A stretch of DNA of 64,000 nucleotides, from the NCBI GenBank assembly GCA_019637815.1, contig JAHBUZ010000008.1, forward strand, positions 88,593 to 152,592. The letters are read 5' to 3'. The notes under the pieces were generated by a model. The model did no database searches, was not told where the DNA came from, and was given only the letters and a program-made list of their open reading frames with translations. How positions within the stretch are numbered: position 1 is the stretch's first letter; each line of letters starts with the position of its first letter. Shown here one piece after another: positions 26,583 to 36,512 of the stretch. Source of the DNA: Chloroflexota bacterium. Its GTDB lineage: Bacteria; Chloroflexota; Limnocylindria; Limnocylindrales; CSP1-4. A program made the translations under genes and the position numbers.

Positions 26583-29081
26583 GTGTCCCCGTCCAGCGCG
26601 CCGAACGTCGGCGCCGATCACCAACCTGACGCCGATCGCCGATCGGACGCCGCCACCAGCCCCGGCGCCGCCGACGCCCGGCCCCGCACCGCCGATCCCC
26701 GCACCGGCTCTGGCGTCATCGCCGGTCCCATCGAGCTCGTCCTGCCGGTCGAGGGCATGACCTGCGCGTCCTGTGTCAACCGCATCGAGCGCTTCCTGCG
26801 CAAGACCGATGGCGTGGTGGACGCGTCCGTCAACCTGGTCACGGAGCGCGCCACGGTCCAGGTGGATCCGTCCCGTGCGGGTCGCGATGACCTGGTCCGA
26901 GCCATCGAGGCGGCGGGCTATGACGTGCCCCGCATCGCCGAACCGTCCGGAGTCGCCGTGACCACCGGCACGACCGCCGACGGCAGCACGACCACCGCGG
27001 CCACGCGGACCGACGCCGAGGCGGAGCGGGAGGTCGCCCGCCAGCAGGAGCAGCGACGCATCGGTATCGCGGCGCTCGTCTCGCTCGTCGTCTCCGCCCT
27101 GATCATGGGCCTCATGACGTTCGGGGACCGCCTGGGCCTGGGCATGGAGGACGTGAACCGCCTGGCCATCTGGCCGGCGACCTTCATCCAGTTCTGGGCG
27201 GGTGGGCGATTCCTGTCCGCGGCATGGCGGGCGGGCCGGCACGGCTCGGTGACGATGGACACGCTCGTGGCGGTGGGCACGCTCGCTGCGTGGGGTTCGA
27301 GCGCCTTCGTGACGACCTGGCCGGAGCTGGTCCATCACGCGGGCCTGATGCCCCAGACCTGGTTCGACTCGTCGACGGTCATCATCGGGCTCATCCTCAC
27401 GGGCCGATGGCTGGAGCTCCGGGCGCGTGGCCGGACGCGCGGCGCGGTGCAGGCGCTGATGCGACTCCAGGCACCCGTGGCCCTCCGGGTCACCGAGCGT
27501 GATGGCGTCACCCGCGAGGAGCAGGTCGCCATCGGCGAGGTGCAGCCGGGCGACGTGCTCCGGGTCCGCGCCGGTGAGAGCGTCCCCGTGGACGGCATGG
27601 TCACCGAGGGCACGTCCGCGGTCGACGAATCGATGCTCACGGGCGAGGCGATGCCCGTGATCCGCACCCCCGGCGATGCGGTCATCGGCGGCAGCATCAA
27701 CACGACCGGCAGCTTCCTGATGCGCGCCACGCGCGTGGGCAGCGACACGGTCCTCGCGCGCATCGTACGCATGGTGGAGGCGGCCCAGGGGTCCCGGGCC
27801 CCCATCCAGCGACTCGCGGATGCCGTGAGCGCGCGGTTCGTGCCCCTCGTCATCCTGCTCGCCGCGATCACCTTCGGCGTCTGGGCGATCCTCGGGCCAC
27901 AGCCCACGCTCGCCCACGCGCTCGTCGCGGCGGTGAGCGTGCTCATCATCGCGTGCCCGTGCGCCATGGGCCTTGCCACGCCCACGGCCATCATGGTCGG
28001 CACGGGTCGCGCGGCGGAGGTGGGCATCCTCATCCGGGGCGGCGCGGCGCTGGAGGCGGCCGGGCGGATCGACACGGTCGTGTTCGACAAGACCGGCACC
28101 CTGACCCAGGGTCGTCCGGAGGTCGTGGGCATCACGACGGCCGAGGGCCCCGACGCGCTCGACGAGCCGACGCTGCTCGCCCTCGCTGCTGCGGCCGAAC
28201 GCGGTTCGGACCATCCGCTCGCACGGGCCATCACGGCCGCGGCCGAGGCACGCGACCTCGTGGTGCCGTCGGCCACGGACCTCGACGCGGTGCCGGGCGG
28301 GGGCGTCCTGGCCACCGTCGACGGGACGCGCATCGTGGCAGGCACCCGCCGCTTCCTCGCGGCGCAGGGGATCGAGGCGCCCGAGCCGGACGACACCCTC
28401 CCCGCGACGCACGTGCTGGTGGCCCGCGATGGGCGATACGCCGGTGTCATCGCGATCGCGGACCCGGTACGGCCGGAGGCCGCCGAGGCGGTCGCGTCGT
28501 TCCGACGCATGGGCATCGAGGTCTGGCTCGTGACGGGTGATGGCGAGGCCGTGGCCCGGGACGTCGCACGACGCGTGGGCATCGAGCATGTCCTCGCGGA
28601 GGTGCTGCCCCAGGACAAGCTCGGTCGCGTCCAGGAGCTCCAGGCCGCCGGTCGGAAGGTCGCCATGGTCGGTGACGGCATCAACGACGCCCCCGCGCTG
28701 GCGGGTGCGGACGTGGGCATCGCCATCGGGTCGGGTGCGGATGTGGCCATCGAGGCATCCGATGTCACGCTCGTGGGCGGGGACCCGCGGCTGGCAGTGT
28801 CCGCCATCGAGCTGTCCCGACGGACCCTCCGGGTGATCCGCGAGAACCTGTTCTGGGCGTTCGCGTACAACGTGCTGCTCATCCCGGTCGCGATGGGTGT
28901 GCTCTACCCGTTCACGGGCATCACGCTCGACCCGGCGCTCGCCGCGGGGGCGATGGCCTTCAGCTCCGTGTCGGTGGTGCTCAACTCGCTCCGCCTCCGG
29001 CGCATCGATGTCCGACCCGGACCCCGTGGGGCACGCCCGATCGCAGCGGTCTCTCAGGACGTTTCCCTGCGTTCGGGGTAG
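26583..29081 (+). CDS. copA: Copper-translocating P1B-type ATPase
   Basis: HMA 'GMTCASCVNRIE', 'IIACPCAMGLATP', 'FDKTGTLT' and 'GDGINDAPALA'. Confidence 0.93.
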   Translation: MSPSSAPNVGADHQPDADRRSDAATSPGAADARPRTADPRTGSGVIAGPIELVLPVEGMTCASCVNRIERFLRKTDGVVDASVNLVTERATVQVDPSRAGRDDLVRAIEAAGYDVPRIAEPSGVAVTTGTTADGSTTTAATRTDAEAEREVARQQEQRRIGIAALVSLVVSALIMGLMTFGDRLGLGMEDVNRLAIWPATFIQFWAGGRFLSAAWRAGRHGSVTMDTLVAVGTLAAWGSSAFVTTWPELVHHAGLMPQTWFDSSTVIIGLILTGRWLELRARGRTRGAVQALMRLQAPVALRVTERDGVTREEQVAIGEVQPGDVLRVRAGESVPVDGMVTEGTSAVDESMLTGEAMPVIRTPGDAVIGGSINTTGSFLMRATRVGSDTVLARIVRMVEAAQGSRAPIQRLADAVSARFVPLVILLAAITFGVWAILGPQPTLAHALVAAVSVLIIACPCAMGLATPTAIMVGTGRAAEVGILIRGGAALEAAGRIDTVVFDKTGTLTQGRPEVVGITTAEGPDALDEPTLLALAAAAERGSDHPLARAITAAAEARDLVVPSATDLDAVPGGGVLATVDGTRIVAGTRRFLAAQGIEAPEPDDTLPATHVLVARDGRYAGVIAIADPVRPEAAEAVASFRRMGIEVWLVTGDGEAVARDVARRVGIEHVLAEVLPQDKLGRVQELQAAGRKVAMVGDGINDAPALAGADVGIAIGSGADVAIEASDVTLVGGDPRLAVSAIELSRRTLRVIRENLFWAFAYNVLLIPVAMGVLYPFTGITLDPALAAGAMAFSSVSVVLNSLRLRRIDVRPGPRGARPIAAVSQDVSLRSG

Positions 29082-29091
29082 GGTGCGCGGG

Positions 29092-30936
29092 ATGCGTACC
29101 CTGCGATCCCTGCTGGCGGCCGGTGTCGCGATACTCCTCGTCGTGTCGTCCGCCCTTGGCCAGTCACCCACCGTGCCCGAGCCCGTGGGCTCGTCCGCCC
29201 CCGTGGCACCGACCCCTGAGCCGACCCCGCGCGAACCGCGGGTCCGGGCACTCGCCGAGCAGGAGGTCTTCGGCTTCCTGCCGTACTGGGAGCTCGCGAA
29301 CGCCGAGCGCACCGTGGACCTCGACCGGCTCACGACGCTCGCCTGGTTCGGCGTGGAAGCGAACCGCAACGGCCGGCTCGTGTGGCGGAACGGCAGCGGC
29401 GTCGTGCCCGGTGGCGCCGCCGGCTGGCGTGACCCGCGCTGGCGGTCGCTCATGGAGCGTGCCCAGGCGCAGGGCGTCCGCGTGGTGCTGACCATCGAAC
29501 GCTTCTCGTGGACCGCCGGCGCGCGGCAGCAGACGGTGCGCCTCCTGAGCCGTGCCGGCGCTCGGAAACGGCTCGTGGAGCAGATCACCGCGGAGGTCGT
29601 GGCCAGCGGCGCCGACGGCGTCAACCTGGACTTCGAGCCCTTGCCGTCCGAGGTGCGCGAGCAGTTCACGCTGTTCGTGCGCGACCTGCGCACGGCCTTC
29701 GACGCCGTCTCGACCGAGCTCCAGATCACCTTCGACATCACCGCGGACGTGGCCTCGTATGACATCGCGGCGCTCACCGCGGACGATGCCGCGGATGCGG
29801 TGTTCCTGATGGCCTACGACTTCCGGGGGGCGAGCGCACCGTTCGCCGCGGCCATCAGTCCGCTCGATGACGTGGTCACCGGCTTCGACATCCGGACGAC
29901 GGTGGCCAACCTGCTCACGGTCGCCGACCCGGCCCACACCATCCTGGGGCTGCCCTGGTACGGACGCGCCTGGACGACCGAGGGTCCGGAGCCGTTCTCA
30001 CCCACCCGAAGCGGGCGACGGCTCACCGGGCCGGGCATCTCGCTGTATCGGGATGCGCTGGGCATCGCGCGCGAGAACGGTCGCCACTACGACCCCATCT
30101 CTGCGACCGCCTGGACGGTCTACGTACGCGCCGCGTGCGACAACTGCCCGGAGGCCTGGCGCCAGGTCTGGTACGACGATGTCGATGCGTTCGCGGCCAA
30201 GATCGCGTTCGCACAGGAGCAGGGCATGGGCGGTGTCGGCATCTGGGCACTCGGCTACACCGGCGACTACCAGGGGATGTGGACGGTCCTCGGGCTGGCG
30301 GGTGGCTCGGTCACCGATGACACCCCACCGAGTGGCGAGGCCACGATCGCCAGGGGCGCCGCTGGCCGCCATGAGGGTCGGCCCGTGGTCACGGGCACCA
30401 TCGACCTGGGGTTGTCCGCGCGGGACGTACAGGGCGGCAGCGGTCTCGCGTTCGTGCGCATCGCGAACGACGGGACCCTGGACACCGATGGTGCGCTCGC
30501 GAATGGCAGCACGTGGCCCGCGACGCCGACCGTGACCTGGTCGCTGACCGATGGACCGGTGGTCATCCCGCCGGCGCCGCGACCCACCGCGACGCCACGC
30601 CCGACCCGCACGCCGCGTGCGACCCGCGCACCCGAGAGCGAGGCACCGACCGCGACCGAGGAGCCGATGCCGACCCCGGTGCCCACCGCGCCACCCGTCC
30701 AGGAGGCGCGCACCATCTTCGTGCAGTGGCGTGACGTCGCGGGCAACTGGTCGACGCCCGTCACGCTCGAGGTGTGGTACGCCCCGGACGGGTCCGTCCT
30801 GCCGGATGACGAGCCATCGGCGGCGCCGTCCTCATCGCCGGGTCCCGCATCACCAGCCGCTTCGGGCGCCCCGGCCTCGGCAGCGCCGCTGTCGCCGACG
30901 CCTTCGCTGGAGCCTGGCACACCACCATCGCCCTGA
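29092..30936 (+). CDS. Secreted glycoside hydrolase family 18 protein (YaaH/YdhD-like) with a Pro/Thr/Ala-rich tail
   Basis: Signal peptide, 'FGFLPYWE', catalytic block 'ADGVNLDFE', 'FLMAYDF' and 'GVGIWALGY'. The C-terminal ~150 aa is low-complexity P/T/A. Confidence 0.8.
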   Translation: MRTLRSLLAAGVAILLVVSSALGQSPTVPEPVGSSAPVAPTPEPTPREPRVRALAEQEVFGFLPYWELANAERTVDLDRLTTLAWFGVEANRNGRLVWRNGSGVVPGGAAGWRDPRWRSLMERAQAQGVRVVLTIERFSWTAGARQQTVRLLSRAGARKRLVEQITAEVVASGADGVNLDFEPLPSEVREQFTLFVRDLRTAFDAVSTELQITFDITADVASYDIAALTADDAADAVFLMAYDFRGASAPFAAAISPLDDVVTGFDIRTTVANLLTVADPAHTILGLPWYGRAWTTEGPEPFSPTRSGRRLTGPGISLYRDALGIARENGRHYDPISATAWTVYVRAACDNCPEAWRQVWYDDVDAFAAKIAFAQEQGMGGVGIWALGYTGDYQGMWTVLGLAGGSVTDDTPPSGEATIARGAAGRHEGRPVVTGTIDLGLSARDVQGGSGLAFVRIANDGTLDTDGALANGSTWPATPTVTWSLTDGPVVIPPAPRPTATPRPTRTPRATRAPESEAPTATEEPMPTPVPTAPPVQEARTIFVQWRDVAGNWSTPVTLEVWYAPDGSVLPDDEPSAAPSSSPGPASPAASGAPASAAPLSPTPSLEPGTPPSP

Positions 30937-30975
30937 GGGGCCTCGTGGCCTGCGGGCCCGATCGTGCCACCGCCG

Positions 30976-31764
30976 TCAGCCGACCTTGCGCACCACCAGG
31001 AAGTGGGACAGCCCGAGCTCCTGGAGCGGGGTGTGCTCCGCGGTGTAGAGCGCGCGCCGCAGCATCGGTCCCAGGGTCGCGTGGCGTGACGTGAGGTTGT
31101 CGAAACCCGGATAGATGATCCCATGGTGCACCCGGCGCACCGGGAGACCGCGGAACAGGCCCTCGATGCCCCGTCGCGTGTAGGCGCGCACGTGCGGCGC
31201 GAACCGGTCCCGCAGCGGGTCCGGGAGCCAGTTCACGAGCGGGATGTTGCCGAAGACGTAGCGACCGCCGATGTACGCGCCGTGGGTCTCGAAGGGGTAC
31301 AGCCGGTTCGGTGCGAAGGTGACGATCGACCCGCCGACGCGGGTGACCCGGACGGCCTCGGCGATGGTCCGCCGGTCGTCATCGACATGCTCGATGACCT
31401 CGTTCGAGAACACCAGGTCGAAGTGGTCATCCGGGAAGGGGAGGGCCTCTCCCCGTGCCACCTGGATGTTGGGTAGCTCGATGCTGGCCTCCGCGACGCG
31501 CTCCTCCTCCACCTCCACGCCGTACACCTCGTCGCTGAACGCACGGAAGCGACGCACGTACGTGCCGATGCCACAGCCGATGTCCAGGATGCGCGCTCCC
31601 TCGAGGGGCACGTGCTGACGCACCATCTCGAGGCGTCGATCCTGGCCGAAGCGCCAGGAGTAGCTGGGACGACCCCGGCTGATGGCGGTCGGAGAGGCGG
31701 TGTCCTCGGCGTCGTCAGGGTGCGGCGCGTCCGTGGTCTCGCGCTCGGGAAGGGTGGTCGTCAC
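30976..31764 (-). CDS. Class I SAM-dependent methyltransferase
   Basis: Motif I 'ILDIGCGIGTY', plus 'DLVFSNEVIEHV'. GTG 31764 was chosen as the start, but this is uncertain. Confidence 0.8.
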   Translation of the reverse strand: MTTTLPERETTDAPHPDDAEDTASPTAISRGRPSYSWRFGQDRRLEMVRQHVPLEGARILDIGCGIGTYVRRFRAFSDEVYGVEVEEERVAEASIELPNIQVARGEALPFPDDHFDLVFSNEVIEHVDDDRRTIAEAVRVTRVGGSIVTFAPNRLYPFETHGAYIGGRYVFGNIPLVNWLPDPLRDRFAPHVRAYTRRGIEGLFRGLPVRRVHHGIIYPGFDNLTSRHATLGPMLRRALYTAEHTPLQELGLSHFLVVRKVG

Positions 31765-31945
31765 GACCCGATGGTACCCGGGCCCGGCGACGGTGGCTGT
31801 GGCGACGGCGCGATGGGGCCGGTCGCCGATCGGGTCGCGCGACCATCCCCGGAGTGGCGTCGACGCTCGAAGCGCCGTACACTGGGCCGCCAGTCCGTGC
31901 GTGCCGTCCAGTCGGTCCCGCACGTCTGACACCGAGGAGACACCC

Positions 31946-34090
31946 GTGGACGACCCGACGTCGGGCGAGACCCCGCCCGCCGACGAGACGCCCGCTGCGT
32001 CGACCGCGGCGGCGCCCGCCCCGACGCCGAGCGAGGACGATCACGCGACCATCCACTGCGACCAGTGCAGCGAGGTGGTCCCGAACCTGACCTACTGCGT
32101 GCGCTGCGGCGACCCGCTGGGCCCCGAGCAGCGCCGTGGCCGCGAGGGACGCGTGCGGGACATGTACGCCGCGTCCACGGGCGAGAAGGCGAACCGGCTG
32201 ACCCTGGTCTCGACCATCTACCCCTCGCTGCCCCGCGAGGAGATCCGGACCTTCCAGCTCGCCCTCGCGGGTGGCACCGCACTGGTGGTCCTCCTGGGCC
32301 TCCTGGGTCTCTTCCCGGTGGCCATCGTCGCGGCCGCCATCCTGGTGCCGCTCGTCACGGTCATCTACCTGTACGACGTGGATGTCTACGAGGACGAGCC
32401 CATCCGGGTCATCGCGCTCACGTTCGTGTGGGGAGCGGTGACCGGCGCGCTGTTCTCGTTCGCCATCGCGCAGCTCTTCCCGGTGACCGCGGCGAGCCTC
32501 ATCGGCGGGCCCGCGCTCGGTGGCGGTGACGCCGCCGCCACGTTCCCGTGGGTGCGTGCCGTCATCGCGCCCCTCGTGAGCGTCGTGGTCATCATCGCGG
32601 GGCCGCTCGCGCTGCTCCCGTATCGGCGCTTCAACGACGCGCTCGATGGCGCCACGTTCGGCGTCGCGGCGGGTGTCGCGTTCGTCGGTGCCCAGACGCT
32701 CATCACGGCCATCGACCTGTTCCAGAGCGGGCTCCAGCCCGTGGGCCAGGTGCTGCCGTGGGTCGTCCGGCTGCTGGTCCTGGGCGTCGGCATGCCGGTC
32801 ATCGCGGCCGGCGTCATCGGCGGTCTCGGCGGCGCCCTCTGGCTGCGCTACCGGGCGCCGGTGCATGACCGTGCACGGCTCGGCCCGGTCGGCCAGCCCA
32901 TCATCGCGTTCGTGCTCGCGGTTGCCGCGTTCGTCATCGCCGCGGTCGGCGAGCACCTGCTGCCCGAGGTCGGCAGCCTCATCCTGGTCGCGCTGCTCGC
33001 GGTCGTCTCGCTGCTGTGGCTCCGTCGGGTGATCCACCTGGGCCTGCTCCAGGAGGCGAGCGAGATCGAGATCGGGCCGGACATCGCGTGTCCGGAATGC
33101 CATGTGGCCACCCCCTTCCATACGTACTGCGCGCACTGCGGCGCCTCGCTGAAGGCGCTCCCCAAGTCCCGTCACGCGATCCCGGCGGCCGTCGCGGCGG
33201 GCGACCTGCATGCGCATCACCGGGCCCAGCCGACGCTTCCCGCGGATCTCGACGTGCCCGCTGGTGGCGCGGCGGCCGCGGTGGGCGGATCCGCCTTCGC
33301 GGCGGTCCCCCGACAGCACGGCTGGCTGGGCCCCAGGGCGCTGCTCGCGATCTTCGCGCTGGTGATGCTCGCCGCGGTGTCCCTCGCCGCGGCGTTCGCA
33401 GCAGCCAACGGACGTGAACGTGACCAGCCACCCTGCGAGACCCCGGACCAGCGTGACTGGGACTCACCGGGCACGCTGCCCTGCGCCGGCGCCATCACGT
33501 TCCAGGATCTCCGGGCGCTCCTCGCGACCCCCACCAACGAGATCCCGACGGGCCATCCGTTCGCGGACCGGTTGCGCTACACGGATCCGACGATCGGGTT
33601 CGGTCTCCAGTACGACCCCGGCCTCTGGTCCATCGCCCAGGAGGGGGAAGGGTTCCTGGTCCTGTCGGCGCTCAACAACAACGTGGCGCTCATCGTGGAG
33701 GCCGGCTCCACCAGCCGGGTCGCGGACGCCAAGGCGCTGTTCGACATCCGGAAGGAGCTCATGGGTCGGTCGCTGCTCGGGTACACCGAGGACACCGCGC
33801 CGGCCCGGGCACTCCTGGGCAACCCGCTCGTGGGCTACCAGGTCGGCGTGGGTGGCCTGTTCGGCGGGGCGATGGACACGCCCCAGGGCCCCAGCCTCGA
33901 CTTCACGGTGGCATCGGTGGCGGCGTCCAACGGTGACCTCGTCGTCGCGATCACCCTCCTGACCCCGGTGGAGCTGACCATCCAGCGGGGCGACCAGCAG
34001 ATCGCCGTGCCGGTCCGGGAGTTCGGGCTGACCGCGGCCGATTCCATCGTCAACAGCTTCACGTGGCCCGGCGAGGAGATCCCCCAGTGA
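31946..34090 (+). CDS. Polytopic membrane protein with two zinc-ribbon motifs, a PrsW-like core lacking the catalytic signature, and a C-terminal extracytoplasmic domain
   Basis: 'CDQC-x9-CVRC' and 'CPEC-x9-CAHC'. About 10 hydrophobic segments. 'YDVDVYEDEPIRVIALTFVWGA' and 'FNDALDGATFGVAAGVAFVGAQT' resemble PrsW-family blocks, but I see no EExxK or H motifs. GTG 31946 follows GAGGAGA. Confidence 0.6.
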   Translation: MDDPTSGETPPADETPAASTAAAPAPTPSEDDHATIHCDQCSEVVPNLTYCVRCGDPLGPEQRRGREGRVRDMYAASTGEKANRLTLVSTIYPSLPREEIRTFQLALAGGTALVVLLGLLGLFPVAIVAAAILVPLVTVIYLYDVDVYEDEPIRVIALTFVWGAVTGALFSFAIAQLFPVTAASLIGGPALGGGDAAATFPWVRAVIAPLVSVVVIIAGPLALLPYRRFNDALDGATFGVAAGVAFVGAQTLITAIDLFQSGLQPVGQVLPWVVRLLVLGVGMPVIAAGVIGGLGGALWLRYRAPVHDRARLGPVGQPIIAFVLAVAAFVIAAVGEHLLPEVGSLILVALLAVVSLLWLRRVIHLGLLQEASEIEIGPDIACPECHVATPFHTYCAHCGASLKALPKSRHAIPAAVAAGDLHAHHRAQPTLPADLDVPAGGAAAAVGGSAFAAVPRQHGWLGPRALLAIFALVMLAAVSLAAAFAAANGRERDQPPCETPDQRDWDSPGTLPCAGAITFQDLRALLATPTNEIPTGHPFADRLRYTDPTIGFGLQYDPGLWSIAQEGEGFLVLSALNNNVALIVEAGSTSRVADAKALFDIRKELMGRSLLGYTEDTAPARALLGNPLVGYQVGVGGLFGGAMDTPQGPSLDFTVASVAASNGDLVVAITLLTPVELTIQRGDQQIAVPVREFGLTAADSIVNSFTWPGEEIPQ

Positions 34091-34095
34091 GCCCG

Positions 34096-35859
34096 ATGAC
34101 CCCACGGAGCCCCCGAAGCACGCACTCGCGACGCACCCGCTCGCTGCTCGCGATCGCGACGGCCGGCCTCATGGCGCTCGCCGCCTTGCCGGCCGCTGCA
34201 CCCGTCGCCGCCCAGGGGGGCACCATCACCAACGAGCTGGCACCGAGCAGCCTGGGAATCGCCGATCCGGATACGCGCATCACGTTCGACCTGGTGCTCG
34301 CGGCGCGCGATCCCGAGGCATCCCGGCAGTACGCCGCCGATCTCTACGACCCCGCGTCGCCGGACTATCGACGGTTCCTGAGCCCCGAGCAGATCGGGGA
34401 GCGGTTCGGACCCACGGACGAGACCCTGGCGCAGGTGCGCCGGGTGGTCACCGACGCGGGTCTCGAGGTGGTCTCCGTGCCGCCCCAGCGGACGCGTCTC
34501 ATCGCATCAGGGAGCGCAGATGCGGTCGGGGCGTTCCTGGGTGTGCCCATCGAGACCTTCCAGGATGCACGCACCGGATCGACCTACCACGCCGCCGCCA
34601 CCGAGCCGGTCGTGCCGGCATCGCTCGCGACCGTCGTGACGGGTGTCGCCGGCCTCGCCCGCTGGCTGCCCAGCTCCGCCATCGCCCCGGCGGACGCCCC
34701 TCCGCCACCGGCGCGCGGCCTCAAGCCGGCGGACCTCGCGCTCGCGTATGACTACCAGTCGCTCTGGGACCAGGGCATCGACGGCACCGGGACCACGGTG
34801 GGCATCATCCAGTTCGGCATCGACACCGACGAGGATCTCGCGGTGTTCGACGCCACCTTCGGTCTCGAGGGACCGCTGCCGGATCGCGTGGCGGTCAACG
34901 GGGGCCTGGGGGACGCTCCGGCCAGCTTCGGCGTGGAGGCGGCGCTCGACACCCAGGTGGTGCGGGCCGTCGCGCCCGGCACCCAGATCATCATCTATGG
35001 CTTCCCGGCCACGACCAGCTTCGGCAGCGCCATGGACGCGGTCATCGAGGATGGTCGGACGCAGATCGTGTCCGTGTCGTACGGCAAGTGCTACGCGCCC
35101 GGCTACATCGGCCTCCAGGAGGTCCTGGATACGCAGCGAGCGCTCGAGGTGGCGACGCAGGCCGGCATCAGCCTGTTCGCCGCGTCCGGCGACTGGGGCG
35201 CGTTCTCGTGCCACACGTTCGACAAGAGCGACCACCAGGTGTCCACGTTCTTCCCGGCCTGCACCAACAACGTGGTGAGCGTCGGCGGCACGCTCCTGGA
35301 GCTGCACGCCGATGGCACGTACTTCCGGGAGACCGGCTGGGAGGACTACCTCATCACCGGCGGCACCGGTGGCGGCCGCGCGAACGTCAACGGCCCGGAC
35401 GGCCCGCTCGAGCGGATGCCCCCGTACCAGGTGGGTGTCGCCGGCATCGACCAGTCGATGGACGCGCGGCACTGCCCGGACGTCGCCGCCGCAGCGGACA
35501 CGGATACGGGGTATCTGCTGTTCTACACCGACCCGGCGACCGGCGAGGGCGACTGGCAGATGGTCGGTGGCACGAGCGCTGCCGCGCCGTTCTGGGCCGG
35601 CATCATGGCGCTCACCCTCCAGAAGGGTCAGGCGCAGGGCGTCCAGTGCCTCGGGTTCCTGACGCCGCTGTTCTACGAGCTCGCGCAGTCACGCCCGGAC
35701 GCCTTCCACGACATCGTGCGGGGCGGCAACCTGCTCGACCGGTCGGGCGTGGGCTGGGACGCGGCGACCGGTGTCGGCTCCCCGGTGGTGTCGGAGCTCG
35801 CGGACGCGGTGATCGACTCCCTCCTGGCGTCGCCCGCGACCTGTGCGGCGGCCGGCTGA
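34096..35859 (+). CDS. S53 (sedolisin/kumamolisin-type) serine-carboxyl peptidase with pro-domain
   Basis: Signal peptide; pro-kumamolisin-like 'YRRFLSPEQIGERFGP'; 'GTGTTVGIIQFG', 'ASGDWGA' and 'GGTSAAAPFWAGIMAL'. An alternative GTG at 34087 overlaps the upstream stop (GTGA). Confidence 0.82.
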   Translation: MTPRSPRSTHSRRTRSLLAIATAGLMALAALPAAAPVAAQGGTITNELAPSSLGIADPDTRITFDLVLAARDPEASRQYAADLYDPASPDYRRFLSPEQIGERFGPTDETLAQVRRVVTDAGLEVVSVPPQRTRLIASGSADAVGAFLGVPIETFQDARTGSTYHAAATEPVVPASLATVVTGVAGLARWLPSSAIAPADAPPPPARGLKPADLALAYDYQSLWDQGIDGTGTTVGIIQFGIDTDEDLAVFDATFGLEGPLPDRVAVNGGLGDAPASFGVEAALDTQVVRAVAPGTQIIIYGFPATTSFGSAMDAVIEDGRTQIVSVSYGKCYAPGYIGLQEVLDTQRALEVATQAGISLFAASGDWGAFSCHTFDKSDHQVSTFFPACTNNVVSVGGTLLELHADGTYFRETGWEDYLITGGTGGGRANVNGPDGPLERMPPYQVGVAGIDQSMDARHCPDVAAAADTDTGYLLFYTDPATGEGDWQMVGGTSAAAPFWAGIMALTLQKGQAQGVQCLGFLTPLFYELAQSRPDAFHDIVRGGNLLDRSGVGWDAATGVGSPVVSELADAVIDSLLASPATCAAAG

Positions 35860-35977
35860 GCTGGCGCCCGGTCTCGGTGGGCCCGGGTGGCCTGGTCACG
35901 GCGTGGCGTGGCCGCGCGCCGTGGTCTGCTGCCGCTCGATCGGGCACCGGTCGGGATGACCACGCGGCCCGATCGTC

Positions 35978-36451
35978 GTGCGTGATCGCCCCCCGAGCGG
36001 CGAGTTCCGGTACCGCCATCCCATCGAGGTCCGCTACGGCGACACCGATGCGTTGGGTCACGTCAACAACGCGGTCTACCTGAGCTACTTCGAGGCGGCG
36101 CGTGCCGGCTACTACGAGGCGGTGACGGGTCGCCCGTTCGGGACCGGTGATGCCGGGCCGCGCCACCTGTTCGTCATCGCGGAGGCGCGTATCGCGTATC
36201 GCGCGCCCGCCTTCTTCGGTGAGCCCATCGTGTGCGAGGCGCGGGTCGCGTGGGTCACCCGCTCGTCGTTCGGCATCGAGTACCGCGTGCGGTCGGACGG
36301 TGGCCCGATCGCGCCGGCGCGACACATCGCGGATGGCGCCACGACCCAGGTGATGTGGGACCCCGAGAGTGGCCGGCCAGGGCGCATCCCGAGCGACCTG
36401 CTCGCGGCGCTGGAGGCGTTCGAGGGGCGTCCGCTGCCGCGTCCGAGCTGA
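35978..36451 (+). CDS. 4HBT/YbgC-type acyl-CoA thioesterase
   Basis: 'VRYGDTDALGHVNNAVYLSYFEAAR'. Confidence 0.8.
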   Translation: MRDRPPSGEFRYRHPIEVRYGDTDALGHVNNAVYLSYFEAARAGYYEAVTGRPFGTGDAGPRHLFVIAEARIAYRAPAFFGEPIVCEARVAWVTRSSFGIEYRVRSDGGPIAPARHIADGATTQVMWDPESGRPGRIPSDLLAALEAFEGRPLPRPS

Positions 36452-36512
36452 GGGACGTCGACGCGCCTCGGCCGGAGGCCACCCGACGGGCTCGGTGAGA
36501 GGCCGCTCCGAT

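Noticed and set aside
25905-29777. A 1290-aa ORF on the minus strand spanning the copA region.
   Set aside because: It is entirely antisense to a P-type ATPase with all canonical motifs. The translation is Arg/Gly/Pro/Ala/Asp-rich with no recognisable domain. This is the expected absence of stops in the antisense frame of a ~70% GC gene.
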